DNA of 64,000 nucleotides from Mobula hypostoma (Eukaryota). The DNA lies in the NCBI RefSeq assembly GCF_963921235.1, contig NC_086100.1:21328001-21392000 (forward strand), given 5' to 3'. Made by a program: the position numbers and the translations under genes. This document shows, in pieces, positions 23,946 through 35,270 of the stretch. The notes under the pieces are model-generated. The model was not told where the DNA came from. It did no database searches and saw only the letters and a program-made list of their open reading frames with translations. Position 1 is the first letter of the stretch. Every line of letters begins with the position of its first letter.

Positions 23946-24777
23946 ACACCAGCACCATCCCCCATGAGTAGCACTCCTTCTCTGCCACCTGTACCACACT
24001 CCATCCTCACCATTCCCAACATGCTTTTCTCCCGCCAGATTTACAAACTCGCTCTGCACTCCACAATTAACAAATACAGTACTGTGCAAAAGTCTTAGGC
24101 ACCCCAGCTATAGCTGTATATATATGTGACTAAAACTTCTGCGCAGTACCATAATTCCATCAGCTAGTCCCACTTGTCTGTTTTTAGGCTATATTCCTCG
24201 CAACCATTCTTATCCATGTATCTGTCCCATAGCCTTTTAATTGCTTTTCATGGATCTCCCTTAGCCATTTTCTCTGGTAGCTCCTTCCATATTTCTGACC
24301 ACCCTCTGGGTAAGAAAGTTATCCCCTCTCCCCCTAAATCTATGTCCTTAGAATCAGTATTGGTGACACCCGACATAGATTGGGAGACCGCTTCACTGGG
24401 AATCTACACTCCATTATTCAGAACAAGCAGGATCTCCCAGTGGCCACCCATTTTAATTCCTATTCCCATTCCGATATGTCCATCCATGGCCTCTTCCACT
24501 GTCACGATAAGGCCACACTTAAGTTGGAGGAACAACACCTTAGATTCCTTTTAGGTAGCTGATAACCCGATGGCGTGAACATTGATTTCTCAAACTTCCA
24601 GTAATGTCTCCCCACCCTTCACCATTTCCCATTCCCTTTTCCCTCTCTCATGTTAACTCCTTGCCCACACATCACCACCCTCTGGTGCTCCTTCCCCCCA
24701 CCCCACCCCTTTTTCTTTCTTCCATGGCCTTCTGTCTCTTTCACCAATCATTTCCTAGCTCTTTGCTTCATCCCTCC

Positions 24778-25765
24778 TGTGGTAAATCATGTATATATGT
24801 TGTAACTCGGTTACCTGTCTGGACACACACCTCTGCTGACTGTCCCTGTGGCTCCTCCCACAGAGTCCTGTATAAAGGTGTTCGCCTTGCCCCTCCCCCT
24901 CAGTCCAGGGGCAGACACTCACTGTGGAGGTCGTATTGTACAGCGAATAAAAGCCTTTCAGTATTTTACCAAACCTCAGTCTTTTGGAGTAATTGAAGGT
25001 GCTTCAATTTTATTCACTGTACGTTTTAAAACATGGAACAGGCCTTGAGACCAGAAAAATTAGACCTCAATCCGCAAACACCTGAAGCTGGAAACGCTTT
25101 CGAACGCTGGCTGGCCTGTTTCAAAGCGTATCTAGAGGAGATTAAAGCGACCAACCCCATAGCGAAGCACAGAGTTCTACTCTCCAGGGTCAGTCCACGG
25201 GTCTATTCACTGATCAGAGACCAGCCAAACTACGACGGCGCAATGAACGCACTCAAAAGATAATACCTGCGGCCGATAAACAGCATCTATGCTCGGCACC
25301 GTTTAGCGACACGACACTCCCATACCGGGCGCAACGCACACGCACGAGGGGTTACCGACGCCTAACGTGCTGGCACCTGAAGTCAGGCCGGAGCCAGCAC
25401 AACCGCCATCGCCGGTGCTACGTAGATCACAGCGACGGACTCGACCGCCTGATAGACTTAACCTGTAAATATACTTCTTGTAAATATTGTCAGTCACTTC
25501 ACCCCGCGGGACTCTTTTTAAAAAAGGAGGGGTGAATGTGGTAAACCATGTATGTATGTTGTAACTCGGTTACCTGTCTGGACACAACCCTCTGCTGACT
25601 GCCCCTGTGGCTCCTCCCACAGTTTCCTGTATAAAGGTGTTCGCCTTGCCCCTCCCCCTCAGTCCGGGGGCAGACACTCACTGTGGAGGTCGTATTGTAC
25701 AGCGAATAAAAGCCTTTCAGTATTTTACCAAACCTCAGTCTTTTGGAGTAATTGAAGGTGCTTCA
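24778..25765 (+). mobile_element. Internally deleted Gypsy LTR retrotransposon, 988 bp
   Basis: Two 229-bp LTRs (24778-25006, 25537-25765) with TG..CA ends and about 8 differences; TSD CCTCC (24773-24777, 25766-25770); polypurine tract AAAAAAGGAGGGG before the 3' LTR; TATAAA and AATAAA in each LTR. Confidence 0.95.
25033..25468 (+). pseudogene. Gypsy gag N-terminus joined to the extreme pol C-terminus
   Basis: MEQALRPEKLD..FERWLACF..LKR*YLRPINSIYARHRLATR, then a frame change near 25310-25316 to ..PVLRRSQRRTRPPDRLNL*, a typical Gypsy integrase tail. Confidence 0.8.
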
Positions 25766-25949
25766 CCTCCCCCTCAAAGTTTCACCTATCCTCTGGTGTT
25801 TCTCTCTCCCTTCCCTCCATGTTTCAAATCTACTCCTCAGCTCTTTTTTTACTCCAGTCCTGCCAAAGGGTTTCAGCTTTGACTGAAACGTTGATTTTCC
25901 ATAGATGCTGCCTGGCCTGCTGAGTTCCTCCAGCATTTTGTGTGCGTTG

Positions 25950-26057
25950 ATCAGAATCAGAATCAGGTTTAATATCACCAGAACATGTCATGAAATTTGT
26001 TGTTATGCAACAGTAGTACAACGCAATAGATAATAACAAAAATATGAATTATGGTAA

Positions 26058-26113
<56 letters not shown>

Positions 26114-26536
26114 ACATATATATTAAAAAGTTAAATTAAATCAGAGGTGCAAAGAGAGAAGAACAAAGTAGTGAGGTAGTATTCATGGGTTCCTTGTCCA
26201 TTCCGAAATCTGATGGCGGAGGGGAAGGAGCTGTTCCTGAATTACCGAGTGTGTGCCTTCAGGCTCCTGTACTTCCTCCTTGATGGTATCAATGAGAAGA
26301 GGGTATGCTCTGGGTGATGGGGGTCCTTAATGATGGATTCTGTCTGTTTGAGGCATTGCTCCTTGAAGATTTCCGAGATGCCTGAGTGCCCATGATGGAG
26401 CTGAAGGATTTTACAATTTTCTGTGGCTTATCTTGATCCTGTGCAGTGCCACCACCCCCCCACCCACCATACCAGTCGGTGACACAGACAGTTGGAATGC
26501 TCTCCGCGGTACATCGGTTGAAATTTGCAATCGTCT
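25950..26536 (-). mobile_element. Rex1/Babar-like LINE 3' fragment
   Basis: Homologous to 10820-11350; (ATCAGA)n tail. Confidence 0.75.
26058..26121. repeat. (TG)n(TA)n microsatellite
   Basis: Directly visible; more than 20 TA units. Confidence 0.97.
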
Positions 26537-27030
26537 TCGGTTCAATGGTTCATTAATATCAGAGAATTTACACAGTATAAACCTGAAATCCTTCCCCTTT
26601 GCAGACATCCACAAAACAAGAAAACCCTTAAATAGCAAAGCCCCCAAAGGGACTATGATCTAGCCCTATCAAAAACTGCAGTGCATAACCCAGCACTTTG
26701 ACCTGCTCTCTCTCTCTCACTAACAAGAGAGGGAGGTGGCACCCTTTCCTCAGCGAGAGGGGAGACCAAAAGGCAGCTCGCTGTTTCAAAGTTACAGGCT
26801 GCAGCATCTCTTTTATTCTGTTTTCCTGACTCAAGAATTGGCGGCAAACTCTCCCTCTCTCACCGCCGAGAGAGAGAGAGAGCAACCTCCGAGAGCAGAG
26901 GCCTCCAGCAGCCGCACCCACTGCCTCGATGTTCCGATCTCCTGCGGCACTTCAGTTGCTGACACTGGTGAGAAATTAAATCCACAGGGCCATGCCATGA
27001 CATACCAAATCTCCTCAAACTCCGAATGAA
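26537..27030 (-). repeat. Unclassified non-coding retroposon-like element
   Basis: GGTTCAATGGTTCA tail-like left end similar to 3610-3700; internal imperfect inverted CT/GA runs. Confidence 0.3.
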
Positions 27031-27034
27031 GTAT

Positions 27035-27495
27035 AGCTTGTTCTTGATTCCCCGACCCTCAGAAAAAGACTGTGTGCATTCACTGTATCTATGCCCCTCA
27101 GGATTGTATACACCTCTACAAGATCATCCCATGTTCTCTTATGCTCCAATAAATAAAGTCCTAATCTGCTAAACTTCTGTTCATCCCTCAGTCCATCGAG
27201 TTGTGGCAACATCCTCGTAAATCTCCTTTGCACTCCTTCCACCTTAATGACATCTTTCCTATGGCAAAGTGACCAAAGTTAAATACAATATTCTAAAAGC
27301 CTCATCTTATACAACAGCAACAAAACATACAACTTCTTTACTCAAAGTCCTGCCTGATGAAGGCCAGCATGCTAAAATCCTACTTTCTCTCTGTAATGAC
27401 ACTTGCCAGGAGCCACGTACTCGCACCCATGCGTCTCTCTATTTTCCAAAACTCACCACTACTGTTCACTGTGAAAGTCCTATTCTCACTTGGAG
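27035..27495 (-). mobile_element. CR1 ORF2 fragment, decayed
   Basis: ORF 27015-27242 MEGVQRRFTRMLPQL..LGLYLLE..DLVEVY. Confidence 0.8.
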
Positions 27496-28779
27496 CTTCT
27501 TTCTTTTCCTTCTCCTGCAATAGCTCTTACCATCTCTCCACACCTCTTCAAGATTCCCCTTAGATTCACCCATTTACCAGATTTCTGAGGGATGAATGAA
27601 TTAACTGCTTGAACATAGCTGATTGGTGTCAGTAACTTTTCAATTCTTTGTAGATTATGGACATGTGGCACTGTTGTGGTGACCATTTTGCATCAATTTC
27701 CCAATAGAAGACAAACTCTCCAGTTGATATAATTTAGATTAGCAACCGGAGTAACAAGTCTCTGTAGAGATCAGCTAAAATCCTTATAGTTGATTCTATG
27801 TTTTTTTCCCCCATTTAAAACATGTATAACCCATGCAGGAAAAATTATGTTGGCATTGAAAGGCAAAAATCTTCATTCATGTTTAATAAAGACGCAATTA
27901 ATAAAATTCTGAAGTCAACATTTTTTCATATCCAACTGAATAATAAACTTTATGACTTCAGAATGTACCTTGGCTATTTCTAAATTAAGATTTGGCCACT
28001 GGACTTTGGTGAACTTGAGGTCTATATTCAATCATGATGTCTAAGATCTTGGCCATCTTTTCTAGGATTCTAAGGTGGAAGTGAAGTAATGTGGTTCACA
28101 AATCTGAAGAAAGATGTTATAGAGTCTTGGTATTGTAAAATAATGAAGAAGAAATATAAATTTTATTCTCCAAGTATGCTGTAAACTTTGGATAGTATAG
28201 ACTAAATTTCCTAGTCTGGAACAGATGATAAACTTGATGTATTTTTACATTCTAATACTAAAGGTTGGAAGGATGGAATTGGGTTATAGTAGTAAAAATT
28301 TCAAGTATTCTTTATTTCAGATTTCACATGATTAAAGTGACTCATTTTCTGTCTTGACATTTTGAAAAATCAACTTTCAAAAAAGGCAAACAACCTTAAT
28401 AATTTTTGACAAATTCTCTTCCTTTGTTGATAATATTGGCTGTATTAAGCTCAATGAGTTAGTGTTCTCTTCAGCAGAGACCAAATAAAAGTAATGAAGC
28501 AATAGGGTGCACCCTTTCAGATTGGGAAGATTTGTGGTTGCATCCATTTTCTACAGAGTTACAAGAAGATTTGGAACATTGCAGGCCAGCATAAAGAATA
28601 GATTCCCACTGACAATCCATGTGTAGTGAGCAAAATGGCTTGCAGCTTTGGTTTTACATGTGATGTCCTCTCTCGACCGGCCAACATTCAAAGTTTAAGT
28701 TCATATGAGGAGCAATCAATGGACAACTGGACAGTTCGATATGGAGCTACACGTCAGAACAGCAGAGAAGGAATAGTTT

Positions 28780-29130
28780 GGTGAGGTACAGAATGCACTT
28801 CTGCTATCAGACTGAAAGTTTAAACCTGACTCAAGACCAAAACACATAACCTATGCTGACAATTCAGTCCTCTATTAAACAAGTGCCACTGTTGTAGCTG
28901 AGAGTATCAATCAAAACCCCAGCTGCCTGAAGGTAAAGTACTTTCCCAAGAAGAATAAGAGAGTTTACTCAGTGCCTTGCCAAAGTTTATGCCACAAACA
29001 ATATCATAAAAACAAATTACTTGGCCATTCTCTTATTGTGAAACAATGTGTTTGTTAACTAACATCCTTCATTTTTCAAAGCAGTCTGACATTATATAGA
29101 GCCACATACAATCATTTGTATGATCTAAGC
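28780..29130 (+). mobile_element. Ancient Deu-domain SINE remnant (AmnSINE1/SacSINE1-like)
   Basis: AAGAAGAATAAGAGAGTTTACTCAGTGCCTTGCCAAAGTTTATGCCACAAACAATATCATAAAAACAAATTACTTGGCCATT resembles the recalled DeuSINE body; highly diverged. Confidence 0.45.
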
Positions 29131-29140
29131 AGTGTCCAAG

Positions 29141-30665
29141 AACCATAGAACCATAGAGCACTACAGCACAGAAAGCAGGCCATTCGGCCCTTCTAGTCTA
29201 TGCCAAAACTTTATTCCGCTAGTCCCATTGACCTGCACCCAGTCCATAACCCTCCAGACCTCTCTCATCCATGTATCTATCCAATTTATTCTTAAAACTT
29301 AAGAGTGAGCCTACACTTACCACGTCAGATGGCAGCTCGTTCCTCACTCCCACCACTCTCTGAGTGAAGAAATTCCCCCTAATGTTCCCCCTAAACCTTT
29401 CCCCTTTCACCCTAAAGCCATGTCCTCTCTTATTTATCTCTCCTAATCTAAGTGGAAAGAGTCTACTCGCATTTACTCTGTCTATACCCTTTATAATTTT
29501 GTAAACCTCTATCAAATCCCCCCTCATTCTTCTATGCTTCAAGGAATAAAGTCCTAACCTATTCAATCTTTCCCTGTAACTCAACTCCTGAAGACCCGGC
29601 AACATCCTAGTCAATCTTCTCTGCACTCTTTCAGTCTTACTGATATCCTTCCTATAGTTAGGTGACCAGAACTTCACACAATACTCCAAATTTGGCCTCA
29701 CCAATGTCTTATACAACCTCACCAGAACATCCCAAATCCTATACTCAATACTTTGGTTTATGAATGCCAGGATGCCAAAAGCCTTCTTTACAACCCTGTC
29801 TATCTGTGACGCCACTTTCAGGAAATTATGTATCTGAACTCCCAGATCCCTTTGTTCCTCCACACTCCTCAGTGCCCTACCATTTACTGTGTATGTCCTA
29901 CCTTGATTTGTCCTTCCAAAATGCAACACCTCACACTTGTCTGCATTAAATTCCATCTGCCATTTTCTGGCCCATTTTTCCAGTTGATTCAAATCCCTCT
30001 GCAAGCTTTGAAAGCCTTCCTCGCTGTCCACAATGCCTCCAATCTTGGTGTCATCAGCAAACTTGCTGATCCAATTCACCACATTATCACCTAGATCATT
30101 GATATAGACAACAAACAACAATGGTTCTAGCACAGATCCCTGAGGCCCACTACTAGTCACAGGCCTCCAGTCTGAGAAGCAATCATCTACTACCACTCTC
30201 TGTCTTCTCTCACACAGCCAGTTTCGAATTCAGTTTACTACCTCTCCATGGATATCTAGTGTCTGAATCTTCTGAACTAACCTGTCATGTGGGGCCTTGT
30301 CAAAGGCCTTACTAAAGTCCATGTAGACAACATCCACAGCCTTTCCTTCCTCCACTTTCTTGGTAAACTCCTCGAAAAACTCTACAAGATTCGTTAAACA
30401 CGATCTACCATGCACAAAGCCATGTTGACTATCCTTAATCAGCCCTTGGCTGTCCAAATACTTGTATATCTGATCTCTCAGATCACCTTCCAATAATTTA
30501 CCTACTACTGATGTCAGGCCTGTTATTACCTGGTTTACTTTTGGAGTCTTTTTTAAACAACGGAACAACATGAGCTACCCTCCAGTCCTCCAGCACTGCA
30601 CCTGTGGCTAAGGACAATTTAAATATTTCTGCCAGGGCCCCTGCAATTTCTATACTAGTCTCTCT
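29141..30665 (-). mobile_element. CR1 LINE, RT to 3' end, fairly young
   Basis: 325-aa ORF 29219-30196 with PQGSVL, YIND, KFADDTK, RPNLEYC; upstream ORF with QHGF..SCLTNL..DFSKAFD; (AACCATAG)n tail. Confidence 0.95.
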
Positions 30666-30897
30666 GGAACAATATGTGTGTGCAATAAATGCTAAACTCA
30701 GTTTATTCTTTAAAGAAATCAAAGTAAACTTATTGAATGGATCTTGATTTTACTGGTTTGGGTTCAGAACCCATATGCACTACCTACAAATTCCATTCCT
30801 CACCAGAAGGCTGGTTTTGCCAATCAGGCCAGGGAATCAGGCACAGCAGCAGAACAATTCTCAAGTACAAGAGGTTCTGCTAATGCTGACAATCCAG

Positions 30898-31042
30898 AGC
30901 AACTCACACAAAGTGCTGGAGGAACTCAGCAGGTCAGTCAGCATCTTTGGAAAAGAATAAGGAGTTGATCTCTTTCCACTTCAATGTCTTTCCTTAGACA
31001 CAGACGGGCCTATTGAGTTGCTCCAGCATTTTATATGGGTCA
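30898..31042. mobile_element. Old fold-back Penelope-like family A pseudo-LTR remnant
   Basis: GCTGGAGGAACTCAGCAGG on the left arm, GAGTTGCTCCAGCATTTT on the right; hammerhead core lost. Confidence 0.6.
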
Positions 31043-31659
31043 CATGAATGATTCTTCTTTCAGTTCACAATTTGGTGAGTAAGGCGACTTTTCCAACTTA
31101 TTTTCAGTCGTAATGTCCTCTACCCACATGCCAACATTTGCATTTCACGTTCCTGTAGAGAACTACCAATTGACAAGGTGCTGACACGATCCTTGTTATG
31201 GAGTCACATGTCAGTCAACCAGGAGAATAATGGAGGAGGAATAATTTAGTATATCTATCTGCTAAAGTAACTATAGACTAAGATAAGAATGTCTTTGATA
31301 TTCATTTATAAAGTAGTGCCAAAAACAGTATTAAAATAAATAATAGATTTGGAAAAAATTAAAATTAAGAAACACTTTTAAATAATTAGACATATTACAC
31401 CAATCAAAAACAACGTACAATAATTTGCCAGTTTGATTCTTTGCTTTCTGCAGATTTACCATTCTCATTGAAATGGAGGCACTTAATACTCTACAGCTAG
31501 GACTCGAGAGCAGATTTCACACAAGATGTTGGTGAATGTCACCAAGAACCCACCCCACTGCTGAAATGCAGTTGGGAAATGGCTGTTGGTGTTCACCTTG
31601 TTTGGATGAGCCTCCACACTAATATGCAAGTCCTGAAACTTTTGTTAACAATGTTGACA

Positions 31660-31825
31660 GCTCCATATTAGCACTACGCTATACAGTACAGGTGACCTGG
31701 GTTCAATTCCCGCCACTGCCTGTAAGGAGTGTGTGCATTCTCCCCGTGATGGCATGGGTTTCTTCCAGGTGCTTCGATTTCCTCCCACAGTCCAAAGGCG
31801 TAACATTTGGTAGGTTTATTGGTTG
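31660..31825 (+). mobile_element. V-SINE (HE1/MER6-like) 5' part
   Basis: B box GGTTCAATTCC followed by a V-domain-like TTCTCCCCGTG..GGGTTTCTTCCAGGTGCTTCGATTTCCTCCCACAGTCCAAAG. Confidence 0.8.
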
Positions 31826-32670
31826 CAAACAGTGAAGGGGCGAGTGATGGGGAGGCGAGTTCGGGGGCTGGGCCGAGACGGTGTATTGCAGAACTGTTGC
31901 AGATCGAGTTCCAATGTCCATCCAACTGGCCCGGGTGTGAGGTTGGATTGCTGTGGGTTTTGAGTGGAGAAGTCAGGGTGCAGGCAGAGGAGGTTCAGTG
32001 TTCATACAATTGGCCCAGGTGTAAGGTTGAATCGCTCTGGGCACCAAGCTGATCTGAAGAGATTGACAGCAGCTTCGGGTTGGGTAGCGAATTCTGGGCC
32101 CAGAGCCTTTCTTTGCAGTTGGATCCTAGTGTGAGGTACAATTCACTGTTTAGACAGTTTAAATGCCAGACCAGGTCAGAGCCGGGAGTTGATTTTACTT
32201 GCTCTCCGTGATCTTCACTCCTCTTTCCAAGGTGCTGGAGCCTTTCGTTGTTCGGTTGTTTGGTCAATTTAAATGCCGGCCCAGATAGATTGAAAAGTGT
32301 TAGAATCTGATCTGATTTTGCTCGTTCTCCCTGATGGTCACTTCTCTTTCCATGGTACTGAGGCTATGAAGACTGCCCCAGCTGCTGTGCTCAGTGCCTG
32401 CTAATATAATGAACTGACAAGCGAGGCTTTGGGCCTACACTGGGCTGCTCCATGGTTCAGTTCTGAGGACTCAGTTTTGGTTTTGAGTGTTATTCTTTAC
32501 TTCAGCTGTTTGCATGATTTTTTTTTTCTTTCTGTTGCGCATCGGGTGTTGGTCTTTTATTTTTATTTTTTTCTTTAATGGTTCCTTTCAGGTTTCTTAC
32601 TTGTGAGTGAACAAATCTGAAGGTTGTATAATTTATACATTCTTTGATAATAAATGTACTTGAATCTTAG
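31826..32670 (+). repeat. Unclassified element ending in a Rex1/Babar-type 3' tail
   Basis: 32520-32668 matches the tails at 1500-1650 and 14200-14370; body has internal direct repeats and no RT homology. Confidence 0.45.
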
Positions 32671-34120
32671 ACCATAAGACATAGGAGCTGAATTAGGCCA
32701 TTCAGCCCATCGAGTCTGCTCCACCCGTCCATCATGGCTGATCCCAGATCCCACTTAACCACATACCCCTGCGTTCTTGCCATACCCCTTGACACCATGA
32801 CCAATCAGGAACCTATCAACTTCTGCGTTTAATATGCCCATGGACTCTACCTCCACCACAGTCTGTGGCAGAGTATTCCACATATTCACTACTCTTTGGC
32901 TAAAAACGTTCCACCTAAAAGTTCCACCAACAATGGTTGCCCCTCAAATTTGAAGCTGTGCCCTCTAGTTCTGACACCTCCACCATAGGAAACAACCTCT
33001 CCACATCCACCTTATCTAGTCCTTTCAATATTCAGTTGGTTTCAAGGAGATCCCCACACATTCTTCTAAATTCCAGTGAGTGTATGCCTAAAGTTGCCAA
33101 ATGCTCCTCATATGTTAACCCCTTCATTCCCAGAATCATCTTCATGAACCTCCTCTGGACTCTCTCCAATGACAATGCATCTTGTCTCAGATATGGGGCC
33201 CAAAACTGTTGACAATACTCCAACAGTGGCCTGCCAAGTGTCTTATAAAGCCTCAGAACTATCTTCTTGCTTTCACATTCTATTTCCCTTGAAATAAATG
33301 CCAATATTGTATTTGCCTTCTTTATCACAAACTCAACCTGGAAATTAACCTTCTGGGAGCCTTGCATGAGGACTCTCAAGTCCCTCTGCGCCTCTGATGT
33401 TTGAACCTTCTCCCCATTTAGATAATAGTCTGCGCTATATTTTACCAAAATGTATTATCATACATTTCCCAACATTGTATTCCATCTGCCACTTTTTTGC
33501 CCATTCTTTCATTTTGTCTAAGCCCTGCAGCAATCGTATTGCTTCCTTGGTATCTAATAACCCCTCCACCTATCTTTGTACCATCTGAAAACTTTGCCAC
33601 AAAGCCATCAATTCCATTATACAAATCATTGACAAACAATGTGAGAAGTAGCAGCCCCAATACAGACCCCTAAGGAACGCTACTAGTCACTGGCAGCCAA
33701 CCAGAAGAGGCCCCCTTTATTCCCACTCGCTGCCTCCTGGCTGTCAGCTATTCCTCTATCCATGCCAATATCTTTCCTGTAATGCCACAGGATTTTATCT
33801 TGTTAAGCAGCCTCATGTACGGCACCTTATCAAATACCTTCTGAAAATCCAAGTAAATGACATCCACTGCCTCTCCTTTGTCCAAACTGCTTGTTACTTC
33901 CTCAAAGAACTATAAAAGATTTACCAGACAAAATTTCCCTTGACAGAAACGATGCTGACTTTGACTTATTTTATCATTGATCTCCAAGTACCTTGAAACC
34001 TCATCCTTAATAATAGACTCCAACACTTTCCCAACAACTGAGGTTAGGCTAACTGGCCTATAATTTCCTTTCTTTTGCCTTCGCCTCATCTTAAAGAGTG
34101 GAGAGACATTTGCAACCTTG
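32671..34120 (-). mobile_element. CR1 LINE, RT to 3' end, frameshifted
   Basis: ORFs 33032-33448 and 33442-33660; ACCATAAGACATAGGAGC tail. Confidence 0.9.
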
Positions 34121-34329
34121 AATTATTGTAAATTTTCCCATGATTCAGCTCAGATTAAACTGGTGGGTTGCTAGGTGGCATGGCTCGTAGGGCCAGGAGG
34201 GACTATTCTGCGCTGTATCTCAATAAATGAAATAAATAAATGTAAATGATTGTACTTGCCAGTAAAATATCAGCCAATGATTTTAATGGATGGAAAACTA
34301 TGTTAGAACGTTGTCATTCAAAATTCATA

Positions 34330-35100
34330 CTTCAAAGTTCAAGGTAAATTTATTATTAAAAATTATGTACATTTATAAAATGTATAAAAATAATTATGTA
34401 CATTTACAAAAATTATAAAAGTACATTTATGTTACTATGTACTACCTTGAGATTCAGTTTCTTGGCAGCATTTATAGAAAGAGATGGATAGAGCTCTTAA
34501 AGATAGCGGAATCAATGGTTATGTTGATAAGGCAGGAAATGGATACTAATTGTGGATGATCAACCATGATCATAGTGAATGGTGGTGCTGGCTCGAAGGG
34601 CTGAATGGCCTACTCCTGCACCTATTGTCTATTGTCTATAAAATGAAATGCAATAGAGTTCAGGAGCCTGATATTTGTAGAATAATAACTGTTCCTGAAA
34701 CTGATTATCTGGGGCCTAAGGCTTCTGTACCTCCTGCCCAATGATAGTACTGAGAAGAGGGCATGGCTGTGATGATGGAAGTCTTTGACAATGGATGCTG
34801 ATTTCTTGTGACAGAGCTCCATGTAAATGTGCTCAATGGCTATGAGGGACTAGGCTGTATCCACAACTTTTTGTAGGCTTTTCCAAGCCTGGGCATTGGT
34901 GCTTCCATGCCAGGCTTTGATGCAACCAGTTCGAAGACTCTTCACAGTGCAGCTATAGTAATATCTCAAAAATTTTGCAACCATGTCAAATCTAAACACA
35001 CTTCAAAGAAAGCAGAGGTGCAGAAACGCATTCTTTATGATGACATGTATGTGCTGCTCCCAGGACAAAACCTCTTACAGGTTAATGCCAAGGAATGTAG
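34330..35100 (-). mobile_element. Rex1/Babar-like LINE fragment with a plus-strand CR1 3' end inserted at about 34478-34640
   Basis: ORF 34622-34822 (KSASIVKDFHHHSHALFSVLSLGRRYRSL); CR1 tail (CTATTGT)n. Confidence 0.7.
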
Positions 35101-35270
35101 AGTCTCCCTGTCAGGCCTGCACAGGCAGGCTTCTCCCAGTCTCCACCCAGCTAATAGGAGTCATCGGCTACTAATTTCTGACATTGCTTGCAGCCTATTT
35201 CAACCCAGTTCTCATACGAGCTAGCCAGCCTCAATCAATTTCTCCTAGCCTTCAGTTGTCTTGCTGTGTT

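Larger units (their letters stand above)
22134..24151. mobile_element. Composite non-autonomous Tc1/mariner-type element, copy B, interrupted by CR1 and a SINE
   Basis: Palindromic end units 22134-22198 and 24077-24151 (CAGTACTGTGCAAAAGTCTTAGGCAC) flanked by TA; interiors 22199-22455 and 23946-24076 match copy A. Confidence 0.8.
24350..25950 (+). mobile_element. Penelope-like family A 3' fragment, split by the Gypsy insertion
   Basis: ORF 24380-24562 (LPVATHFNSYSHSDMSIHGL..LEEQHLRFLLG) is a GIY-YIG C-terminus; the 3' UTR resumes at 25771 and runs into a pseudo-LTR. Confidence 0.85.

Noticed and set aside
24604-25882. Duplicated ORFs 24604-24996 / 25552-25755 and 24848-25048 / 25607-25882 as a tandem gene pair
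   Set aside because: They are incidental translations of the two LTRs.
29219-30196. Long RT ORFs (also 5043-5798 and 56430-58363) as host genes, retrons or diversity-generating retroelements
   Set aside because: Motifs, 3' microsatellite tails, 5' truncation and frameshifts identify them as ordinary non-LTR retrotransposon copies.
34355-34430. AAAATTATGTACATTTAT repeats as a regulatory array
   Set aside because: A short slippage duplication inside a LINE 3' tail.
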